Origin: Candidatus Woesearchaeota archaeon
GTDB taxonomy: Archaea; Nanobdellota; Nanobdellia; Woesearchaeales; DATGWN01
NCBI GenBank assembly: GCA_047639395.1
Contig: JBLINR010000002.1
Span: 1-36,655, forward strand
DNA length: 36,655 nucleotides
Reading direction: 5' to 3'
Positions within the stretch are counted from its first letter, which is position 1; the number at the start of each line of letters is the position of its first letter. A program made the translations under genes and the position numbers. Below the pieces are notes generated by a model. It saw nothing but the letters and a program-made list of their open reading frames with translations. It ran no database searches and was not told where the DNA came from. Shown one piece after another: positions 1 to 6,858 of the stretch.

Positions 1-3
1 TTA

Positions 4-201
4 TTATGAAGTACCTCCACAAACTTTATTGTGAATTTCTATAAGCATTTTTTCTCCAGTGAGAGAATCTGATAGCAGTTTCTTTCTTAACCAAGTATTG
101 ATTGAAGAAAAACCATCTGATTTCATCTTGTTGAGAACTCTTTGTTTCTCATACGATGTCAATCTAATTTGGAGAGTTTCAGTTCTATCCATTTTGTGCA
201 T
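4..201 (-). CDS. Ribbon-helix-helix (CopG/Arc/MetJ-type) small DNA-binding protein
   Basis: ORF track, 65 aa. TETLQIRLTSYEKQRVLNKMKSDGFSSINTWLRKKLL has strand-helix-helix spacing and aligns with the adjacent 46-aa ORF. The alternative start at Met4 (ATG 192-190) overlaps the upstream stop as ATGGATAG. Confidence 0.5.
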   Translation of the reverse strand: MHKMDRTETLQIRLTSYEKQRVLNKMKSDGFSSINTWLRKKLLSDSLTGEKMLIEIHNKVCGGTS

Positions 202-325
202 CCTGAAGAAGTGCTCTTCTTATGTATCCTGACACACTTCTTTTGTCTTTTTTGGCTTGATCAGAAATTAATTTTGATTCTTCAGAAGTCACCAAAGTTT
301 GTAACCTTGTAGTTTTTAGTTCCAT
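185..325 (-). CDS. Small ribbon-helix-helix protein, 46 aa (below ORF-track cutoff)
   Basis: Hand translation of the minus strand, ATG 325-323 to TAG 187-185: MELKTTRLQTLVTSEESKLISDQAKKDKRSVSGYIRRALLQDAQNG. It is a paralogue pattern of ORF 4..201 (RLQxxxTSxExxxxxxxxKxxxxSxxxxxRxxLL). Confidence 0.5.
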   Translation of the reverse strand: MELKTTRLQTLVTSEESKLISDQAKKDKRSVSGYIRRALLQDAQNG

Positions 326-348
326 GTTGATTATAATGTACTATTTTT

Positions 349-356
349 GGCTTAAA
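349..356 (-). promoter_or_regulatory. Putative TATA box for the RHH gene pair
   Basis: The minus strand reads TTTAAGCC, ending 23 nt upstream of ATG 325. It abuts palindrome 360-372. Confidence 0.3.
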
Positions 357-359
357 GGA

Positions 360-412
360 TTGCACATTGCAAGAATTAAATGCAAACAACGGTAAATAAT
401 TGCACAGTGCAA
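360..412. promoter_or_regulatory. Two copies of a 13-bp palindromic operator TTGCA-N3-TGCAA
   Basis: ttgcacattgcaa (360-372) and ttgcacagtgcaa (400-412) are exactly 40 bp apart, with an extra half-site tgcaa at 381-385. They lie in the divergent intergenic region between the RHH genes and ORF 453, flanking both putative TATA boxes. Confidence 0.45.
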
Positions 413-421
413 AGAAGAACA

Positions 422-429
422 TTTAAATA
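422..429 (+). promoter_or_regulatory. TATA box (aacaTTTAAATA) for ORF 453
   Basis: The 8-mer ends 23 nt upstream of ATG 453. The upstream aaca matches the recurrent motif AACATTTAWA. Confidence 0.5.
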
Positions 430-452
430 AAACCTACTCATTCTTACTATGT

Positions 453-950
453 ATGAAAGAGCTTGAAGTTATTCGTTCAGTGAATAAAACTGCAAACAGA
501 TTGTATCCCTTAAACATTCCAAAAGAAATTGTTTATGGATTGGGTTGGGATGATGATGCGAATGCTTCAGCAAAAATTACAGTAAAACTCACTCCTAAGC
601 CAGAAGAAGGAGGATTCTTTGTAGAAGCATTAGAACGCAATCCAGTATCACAACTAAGATACATTTATTCTGTCACTGAATTGAAGAAAAAAGGTCTTAA
701 ACGATCGTATGACAATAATGAACTGAAAAGAGATAAAATTGTCAATAGAGTTCAGAGGATGCAAAATCCTCCTGAAGAATTCAAAAAAAATAAGAGATTC
801 ATGAAGCTATGGCAAAAATACGACAAGAATCGAAAGGAGCTTCAGGAACAACATACAAAATTTATGTCCAGAAATGAAAAGAGATACAACCTGATTGAGA
901 ACTTATCACACGAAATGGCTGTTGTAATGGAAGAGGATTGGAAAAAATGA
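453..950 (+). CDS. Hypothetical protein, 165 aa; N-terminus weakly AbrB/SpoVT-like
   Basis: ORF track, with leaderless-type promoter spacing. LNIPKEIVYGLGW...KITVKL resembles a swapped-hairpin AbrB motif. The C-terminal half is Lys/Glu-rich. Confidence 0.5.
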   Translation: MKELEVIRSVNKTANRLYPLNIPKEIVYGLGWDDDANASAKITVKLTPKPEEGGFFVEALERNPVSQLRYIYSVTELKKKGLKRSYDNNELKRDKIVNRVQRMQNPPEEFKKNKRFMKLWQKYDKNRKELQEQHTKFMSRNEKRYNLIENLSHEMAVVMEEDWKK

Positions 951-1933
951 AAATTAAAATTGAAGAAATCCGTAAAATCTGCATGAAGATTCTATCAAAT
1001 TTAGATGTTAAAGAAAGCCAAGCAAACATAGTTCTTGAAGAATACTTATTTGGAGAGTTATCAGGAAAAAAGTCACATGGTTTAAGTGCATTTCTTTCAA
1101 TAGTGGATAAGAAAGAAGCGTTTAATAATAAATGGAAAATCGAAACAGATGGTCCTGGTTTTGCTCTGATAAATGGAAATGCTTGTGTGGGTCAACTCCT
1201 TGGAGATTTTGCAATGAACCTTGCAGTTGACAAAGCAAAGAATCAAGGCATTGCGATGGTCGGAATGTATAACATGCATTCGTATCCCATTCCTGGTTAC
1301 TATGCTATGAAAGCTCAAAAAAGAGGTATGATTGGTGTAGTTATTGATAATGCACGTTCCCGTGTCGCTCCATTTGGAGGTATTGACCCGAAACTTGGAA
1401 CAAATCCAATTGGCTTGGCGATTCCTTCTTCAGATTTTGTATTGGACATGGCAACAGCTGAAAGAGCCATGGGTGAAGTACGTCTTGCAAAAAAGTTACA
1501 GACAGACCTTCCTGAAGGCATGGCAATGGATAAAGAAGGTAATGACATAACTGACCCTGAAAAATTCCATGCATTGCATCCTTTCGGAGGTTACAAGGGT
1601 TATGGATTGAACTTGGCAATTGAAATTCTTGCAGGTGCATTGGTAAATGCAAAGATGGGAAGTAAAATCCAGTCAGGTCTTGATAGAGGATTTTTATTTA
1701 TAGCAATCAATCCTGAAGTTTTTGTTTCAAAAGAGACATTTGCTGAACAAACAAATGAGCTTGTTGGAGAAGTTAAAAGTTCAAAGCTGAAAAATAATGA
1801 TAATCCAATTCGAATCCCTGGAGAAAAAGCACATAATAATTACACAAAAGCAACTGATGAAGGAGAAATTGAGCTGGATGACATTGTATTTGACAATCTG
1901 AAAGCACTGCTTGAGGAATCCAATAACTCGTAA
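938..1933 (+). CDS. Ldh_2 family (malate/L-lactate/sulfolactate-type) NAD(P)-dependent dehydrogenase
   Basis: 331 aa. KKSHGLSAF, MAPFGG-like VAPFGGIDPKLGTNPIGLAIP and HPFGGYKGYGLNLAIEILAG are typical of PF02615-type enzymes. The start may be Met4 (947), which gives an ATGA overlap with the upstream stop. Confidence 0.8.
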   Translation: MEKMKIKIEEIRKICMKILSNLDVKESQANIVLEEYLFGELSGKKSHGLSAFLSIVDKKEAFNNKWKIETDGPGFALINGNACVGQLLGDFAMNLAVDKAKNQGIAMVGMYNMHSYPIPGYYAMKAQKRGMIGVVIDNARSRVAPFGGIDPKLGTNPIGLAIPSSDFVLDMATAERAMGEVRLAKKLQTDLPEGMAMDKEGNDITDPEKFHALHPFGGYKGYGLNLAIEILAGALVNAKMGSKIQSGLDRGFLFIAINPEVFVSKETFAEQTNELVGEVKSSKLKNNDNPIRIPGEKAHNNYTKATDEGEIELDDIVFDNLKALLEESNNS

Positions 1934-2187
1934 ACCCTCGACTCAAAGAGACGGGAATACACATCAGAGCAGTAACTGATTTAAAGAAGTTCGAGTTTAT
2001 TACACCAATGACGCCTTTACAATAATAGTTATTGGCGTCGAGCAAAAATTAACAAAAGATGCATAAAAACGCATGCTTTTGAAGGTTGCAAAACCTGGCA
2101 GAGAAAGAAAAAGTGTTTCCGATGAAACCGCAAGATTTGCGGGTTTAACGGCGTATACAATAAAAACAAGTATCACTTTCGTAAGGT

Positions 2188-3357
2188 ATGTTTTTCGAAA
2201 TTTTACTTGCTATTTTATTTGGTATACTTAGCGGGGTTTTTACAGGCCTTATCCCTGGACTTCATATTAATCTAGTTGCAATCATTGCAATCACTCTTCC
2301 TTACGATCCAATACTGTTAACAATCTTCATCATAGCAATGTCAATAACACACACATTCTTAGATTGTATTCCTGGAATATTTCTAGGCGCACCAGATCCA
2401 AGTCTAGCAATCACTGCTTTACCTGCACATAAATTATTACATAAAGGACAAGGATACCAAGCGGCAGTTGATATGCTGGATGGAAGCTTCTTAGGATTGG
2501 TAGTAAGCACATTACTAGCACCGGTACTATACGTAATAGTAATTAAAATTCAACCACTATTACAACCAATCATAGGATACATTCTATTAGCATTAATCTT
2601 AATACTAATCTGGCAAGAACGAGATCCTAAGAAAGCTATTATTTATTTCCTTCTAAGTGGGATTTTAGGAATACTCACTCTCTCAATGGATCAATTCGAA
2701 CAACCTTTACTTCCATTGCTTTCAGGATTATTTGGTGTCTCGCTATTATTAGAAAGTCTGCAAACCAATACGAAGATACCAAAGCAAGAAACTACTACAA
2801 AAAAACTAAAAAACAAAACAAAACCATTAGCTGCTAGTATTTTTATAGGATTTTTCGCAGCATTTCTCCCAGGGTTTGGTGCAAGTCAAGCAAGTATCTT
2901 TGCCGCAAAAGTAACGAAAGAAAACACACCTAGATTATTCTTATTTGCAAATGGGGCAATTAATACGATAGCTATGGCACTTTCCTTAGTTACACTCCTA
3001 GCAATCGGAAAAGCAAGAAATGGCTCTGTTGTTGCAATTCAAGAAATAACAGAATTAACAATAAAAAATGCAACACTACTCGTTGCAATTATACTAGTAG
3101 TTGCAACTTTGGCATATTTGTTAGGAAACGCACTAGCAAAACAAGCTGCGAATTATATAACAAAATTACCTTACAAACAAACAGTAATCAGTGTTATCCT
3201 GGTAATCACAGCAGCAGTAGTTTATTTTGACGCATATTTAGGGTTCTTACTATTACTAACTGCGACAGCATTAGGATGGCTTGCACAGAAACATGGCGTG
3301 GCTAAACATTATTTGTTAGGCTGTTTACTTTTACCTGTTTTACTTTTCTTTTTATAG
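2188..3357 (+). CDS. Polytopic membrane protein, DUF112/TctA-like
   Basis: 389 aa and multi-TM. It has duplicated GLIPGLH... and FLPGFGASQASIF motifs like the TctA large-subunit family. Confidence 0.6.
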   Translation: MFFEILLAILFGILSGVFTGLIPGLHINLVAIIAITLPYDPILLTIFIIAMSITHTFLDCIPGIFLGAPDPSLAITALPAHKLLHKGQGYQAAVDMLDGSFLGLVVSTLLAPVLYVIVIKIQPLLQPIIGYILLALILILIWQERDPKKAIIYFLLSGILGILTLSMDQFEQPLLPLLSGLFGVSLLLESLQTNTKIPKQETTTKKLKNKTKPLAASIFIGFFAAFLPGFGASQASIFAAKVTKENTPRLFLFANGAINTIAMALSLVTLLAIGKARNGSVVAIQEITELTIKNATLLVAIILVVATLAYLLGNALAKQAANYITKLPYKQTVISVILVITAAVVYFDAYLGFLLLLTATALGWLAQKHGVAKHYLLGCLLLPVLLFFL

Positions 3358-4466
3358 AAAGGATCTTCTTTTAATGCAAAAATAGATGTTAAATCAATAA
3401 GATATGCTAAGAACACAGTCATCCATTTCATATTATGGTATAAGTAATAATATATCTTTGAATTTCTAAACGTGAGTAATTCAACAAATTTATTTTGTCT
3501 TCGTAATGCGCGCACTCTTTTTTCTCTAGATTTTGAAAACATGGTTAGATCTTTTTGTAGATCAAAATCTTCTTTGTTAAGATGCATAGCTAAATGGTGT
3601 GCGTCTTCAATGGCAAGAGATGTTCCGTATCCTTGAGTTGGAGTCATTGCATGTTGTGCATCACCGATTAATACTATTCGATTATTAAACCACGATTCTG
3701 TGTATAAATACCCTGTTTTTGTGATTAGTGATGTATCATATGCTTTCTTAAGTTTTTTCATATCAAATTTGTAATGTCGATAGTATTGTCTTAGATCAAA
3801 GTAACTGTCTTTTTCTCCTAGACGCTCATAAACTAACCCTATTGGTTTTTTCTTGAGTGGAAGATACATAAGAAGTGAGTTTCGTGTTATAACAAGTTGA
3901 AATTTATTTGAATGGTTTGGCATCCAGAGGTATCGTAAGTTAAATGGGAATTCATCATAATGAGAAACAAAGAACTTTTTTCTTAAAGGGGAATGAACAC
4001 CTTCTGATCCAACAACAAGCTCAAAAGTGTCTGTTTTTTTATTAGAAAAAGTGACTTTGACACTTTTCTTGTTGTTTCTTATTTTAGAAATAGTTATCCC
4101 TTTATTGATTTTAATATTTTTAGACAGCTTCTTTCTTAATAACTTATGGAGATCCCCTCGTGTGATTGACGTTATAGTATGATTCTTTTTAACATCGAAT
4201 AATGTATTATGGTGTTGTTTAACAATCGTCTCTCCGTTATTATTAAGGTAATATTTTAAGTTGATATTCTCAGAGTACTTGTGAAAATCATGCATACTGA
4301 GAACGTTTTTCATTATTTCTTTACCTTCATCAAGAAAATAAAGACCATATCCCATTGTTTTGAACTTTTTCTGTCTCTCAATAATTGTTACTTGGTGTTT
4401 TTTTGTATCCAGAAAATTACCTAGAGTTAAACCTGCGGGTCCTGCTCCAACAATGAGTATTTTCAT
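3309..4466 (-). CDS. FAD-dependent monooxygenase/oxidoreductase (FAD_binding_3-like)
   Basis: N-terminal MKILIVGAGPAGLTLG (GxGxxG), and LIGDAQHAMTPTQGYGTSLAIEDA (GD...P..GqG...EDA motif). Confidence 0.8.
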   Translation of the reverse strand: MKILIVGAGPAGLTLGNFLDTKKHQVTIIERQKKFKTMGYGLYFLDEGKEIMKNVLSMHDFHKYSENINLKYYLNNNGETIVKQHHNTLFDVKKNHTITSITRGDLHKLLRKKLSKNIKINKGITISKIRNNKKSVKVTFSNKKTDTFELVVGSEGVHSPLRKKFFVSHYDEFPFNLRYLWMPNHSNKFQLVITRNSLLMYLPLKKKPIGLVYERLGEKDSYFDLRQYYRHYKFDMKKLKKAYDTSLITKTGYLYTESWFNNRIVLIGDAQHAMTPTQGYGTSLAIEDAHHLAMHLNKEDFDLQKDLTMFSKSREKRVRALRRQNKFVELLTFRNSKIYYYLYHNMKWMTVFLAYLIDLTSIFALKEDPFYKKKSKTGKSKQPNK

Positions 4467-4488
4467 GATCTTATTTTAGCTCTAAACG

Positions 4489-4496
4489 CTTATAAA
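4489..4496 (-). promoter_or_regulatory. TATA box (minus strand aaacaTTTATAAG) for the monooxygenase gene
   Basis: It ends 22 nt upstream of ATG 4466. Confidence 0.5.
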
Positions 4497-4572
4497 TGTT
4501 TAGCAAGTATAATACGCTTCTGTTTTTGGATCTGTAGATATATGAGTATGGTATAAATATATGTAGTATTTT

Positions 4573-5075
4573 ATGCACATAAAACTTAGATACGAGTAAC
4601 AATTAAAATCGTTCATAAAGTACATACTCATATTTGCACTCTTACTTATAGCTGCTTGTTCGTCACCTAGTTCACAAGATATCTTGGATCAAGAACAAAA
4701 GTTACAAAAAAGTATGCTAGTTGATTATTTTGTTGAAAAAGAAGGGATATATATTGACAACTCTCAGTTGCAGTTAAAGGAGAAAAAAACAAAATGGATG
4801 TGAGATTCCTAAATCCGACTAGGGATGGTTCCAAATTAAAGATAAATATTCTCACAGATGCAAACAAAAATGCTGATTTAGACACATCTGATATCTTATT
4901 CACATACCCTGACACGTTATACTATGCTAATCAAATTGAACCTGTGGAGCTAGAAGTTGAATTAAAAGACTCTGCAACAGAATATGACAAGGCTATTGTC
5001 TATATTTTAGAGATCCATCATGAGCAAGGTAGAGTATATCAGACTACTTTTGGCGTCGTTTCGACACAAAGATAA
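4573..5075 (+). pseudogene. Possible disrupted lipoprotein gene (in-frame TAA plus frameshift at an A7 tract)
   Basis: ATG 4573 opens MHIKLRYE, then TAA at 4597-4599. The same frame continues QLKSFIKYILIFALLLIAAC-SSPSS (signal peptide plus lipobox) to TGA 4801. Adding one A to the A7 run at 4783-4789 would fuse it to ORF 4794..5075. Confidence 0.3.
4794..5075 (+). CDS. Hypothetical protein, 93 aa (may be the 3' part of the disrupted gene above)
   Basis: ORF track. AAGGAG at 4776-4781 lies upstream of the ATG. There is no TATA at the leaderless spacing. Confidence 0.4.
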   Translation: MDVRFLNPTRDGSKLKINILTDANKNADLDTSDILFTYPDTLYYANQIEPVELEVELKDSATEYDKAIVYILEIHHEQGRVYQTTFGVVSTQR

Positions 5076-5083
5076 CCACAAAG

Positions 5084-5091
5084 TATAAAAA
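5084..5091 (+). promoter_or_regulatory. TATA box (TATAAAAA) for the ORF 5115 / scpB operon
   Basis: It ends 23 nt upstream of ATG 5115. Confidence 0.45.
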
Positions 5092-5114
5092 GCCACCCAG
5101 GCTCTTTTATCTAT

Positions 5115-5714
5115 ATGGATAAAGCTCAAATTGAAGAACAGATTGCAAATGGTCATGTTCGCTTTCACGCAGTACTCGAAATCGTTGGAAAACCTCAAGA
5201 TCACGTTGAACAAACAAAAAAAACTATTCTTGCATCTCTTGAAAATCATCAAAAATTCACGTTATTAAAACAAGACAGTCATGATGTTGAACAATTAGAA
5301 AAATCTGATTTATTCTCTACATTCACTGATGTAGAAGTTATAACGCCATCAATGTCACATGTATATGATTTTATCTTTGAGTATATGCCTGCGAATATGG
5401 AAATAATTGATCCGGAACGTGTTACTTTTACAGCAAATCAAGCAACTAATATTATTAATGATCTATTAGCACATGTGCATAATGCTGATATGTTAGCAAA
5501 AGAAAGCAGACAATCAAATAAAATTTTACTAGGTAGCCTTAAAACAATGATTCAAAATGCATGTATTCTTGCATTATTAGGTGGACCAAGAACTGCTGAG
5601 AGTGCAGCAAAATTAGTCGGAGTTCCAGAAAACGAACTTGAAAAATATTTACAACTTCTCCTAAAAGAAAATAAAGTAACAAAAGAGGGAGATATTTACG
5701 CAGTGAAAAAATGA
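5115..5714 (+). CDS. Hypothetical protein with C-terminal winged-helix-like domain, translationally coupled to scpB
   Basis: 199 aa. The C-terminus ILALLGGPRTAESAAKLVGVPENELEKYLQLLLKENKVTKEGDIYAV looks like a wHTH. The stop overlaps the scpB start as ATGA (5711-5714). Confidence 0.55.
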   Translation: MDKAQIEEQIANGHVRFHAVLEIVGKPQDHVEQTKKTILASLENHQKFTLLKQDSHDVEQLEKSDLFSTFTDVEVITPSMSHVYDFIFEYMPANMEIIDPERVTFTANQATNIINDLLAHVHNADMLAKESRQSNKILLGSLKTMIQNACILALLGGPRTAESAAKLVGVPENELEKYLQLLLKENKVTKEGDIYAVKK

Positions 5715-6490
5715 AAAAAGAGGATGTAACGCGCATAGAGGCGATTCTTTATGCAGCTGGTGATAGAATTAGTGTACAACGTATGAGTGAGCTTACAGGC
5801 ATTTCTCATAACACTGTGATGGATATCTTAGAATCTTTAGAACAAAGATATAACACTGATGATACAACTGCGCTTTTCTTAACAACAGTTGGTGATGATT
5901 TTAAACTTACAGTTAAAAAAGAATTTTTAGGCTTAGTGGAGCAAATTGCACCTGATACTGAGTTATCTAAAGCAGTAATTGAAACACTATCCGTTCTTGC
6001 TTGGAAAAATCCAGTTATGCAGTCCGATATTGTGAAACTAAAATCGGCAAAAGTGTATGATCATATCGCTGAACTAAAAGAACGTGGATTTGTCGTAAAA
6101 GAAAAAGTTGGACGAAGCTTTGTCTTAAAATTAACACCTAAATTCTACTCTTATTTTGATGTATCCGGAAAAGATATGGATAATGCATTTAACAAATTCA
6201 AATACTCTGATTTAATTTCTCAAAAGAAAGTAGAAGATTTCCCTCAGGCGCAAAAACCTGTTGAAGAAAAGGTTGAAGAAGAACCAGAAGTTGAAGAAGA
6301 GCTGCAAGGCCCATCTATACCTGAAATCAAGGCTGAAGAGAAGAAAACACAAAAAGACTTCTTTGATAAGTTAGAAACTGGCTTACAAGCAGTACATGAT
6401 AATTCTAAGGATGTGCGTGACGAATTCTCAGCGCTTGTAAAGAAAGATCAGGATCAAGCTGAAGAAGATCCAACTGCACTAGAAGAATGA
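5711..6490 (+). CDS. scpB: Segregation and condensation protein B (ScpB) with acidic C-terminal tail
   Basis: N-terminal IEAILYAAGDRISVQRMSELTG is the ScpB signature. A second wHTH (VLAWKNPVMQSDIVKLKS...ELKERGFV) follows, then an E-rich tail. Confidence 0.8.
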   Translation: MKKEDVTRIEAILYAAGDRISVQRMSELTGISHNTVMDILESLEQRYNTDDTTALFLTTVGDDFKLTVKKEFLGLVEQIAPDTELSKAVIETLSVLAWKNPVMQSDIVKLKSAKVYDHIAELKERGFVVKEKVGRSFVLKLTPKFYSYFDVSGKDMDNAFNKFKYSDLISQKKVEDFPQAQKPVEEKVEEEPEVEEELQGPSIPEIKAEEKKTQKDFFDKLETGLQAVHDNSKDVRDEFSALVKKDQDQAEEDPTALEE

Positions 6491-6633
6491 TTCTGCTGCT
6501 TCGTTGTCCTGCTTGTAAACAAACTCAGCGATATCAATACACTGATTCTACATTAGATAAAAAAAGAAAACGTTGTGTCTATTGTGGAAAAAGTTTCTCA
6601 GTCAGGCCACAAATAGTAAAAAAAGAAAGTTAA
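6487..6633 (+). CDS. Small zinc-ribbon protein, 48 aa (below ORF-track cutoff)
   Basis: Hand translation: MILLLRCPACKQTQRYQYTDSTLDKKRKRCVYCGKSFSVRPQIVKKES. It has CxxC-x20-CxxC. The ATG overlaps the scpB stop as ATGA (6487-6490). Confidence 0.5.
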   Translation: MILLLRCPACKQTQRYQYTDSTLDKKRKRCVYCGKSFSVRPQIVKKES

Positions 6634-6719
6634 TTTTTCTAATTTCTTCACTAAGCTTATCTCTAACATACATGGGTGCGTATAGGTTACATTTCTATTT
6701 CAAGTTCAAACGGTTTTTT

Positions 6720-6747
6720 CTATTTCTTTCAATATTGAAAGAAATAG
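6720..6747. repeat. Perfect 28-bp palindrome ctatttctttcaatattgaaagaaatag
   Basis: It was verified to be its own reverse complement. It lies in the intergenic region between the zinc-ribbon gene and gyrA, preceded by T6 (6714-6719) and by a direct copy of ttctatttc. Confidence 0.8.
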
Positions 6748-6858
6748 CCTGTAAAACGATAAGTATTTAAAGAAACAGCCGTCTTTTTTACTTATGAATT
6801 CCGAGTGTTTTTACGACGAGAAATCTACAAAATAAAAGATTATATTTAGGGCAAAATT

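Noticed and set aside
1097-1652. ORF-track entries 1097..1318(-), 1315..1548(-), 1341..1652(-), 1344..1550(+) and 1773..2045(-)
   Set aside because: All lie inside or antisense to the well-supported Ldh_2 dehydrogenase gene. Their products are low-complexity or Cys/His-rich nonsense with no start-site signals.
1809-1817. ttcgaatcc, a T-loop-like string that might indicate a tRNA
   Set aside because: It lies in-frame inside the Ldh_2 CDS (NPIRIPG). It has no flanking acceptor, D or anticodon stems.
3309-3357. 49-bp convergent overlap between the DUF112 membrane gene and the monooxygenase gene
   Set aside because: It is probably real tight packing; both C-termini are plausible (a hydrophobic TM end and a Lys-rich tail). 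Nothing suggests a functional element, so it is not reported as a finding.
6573-6770. 65-aa ORF overlapping the zinc-ribbon gene and the 28-bp palindrome
   Set aside because: It starts inside the ATGA-coupled zinc-ribbon ORF in another frame and runs through an obvious non-coding palindrome. There is no TATA or SD, and the composition looks like translated AT-rich spacer.
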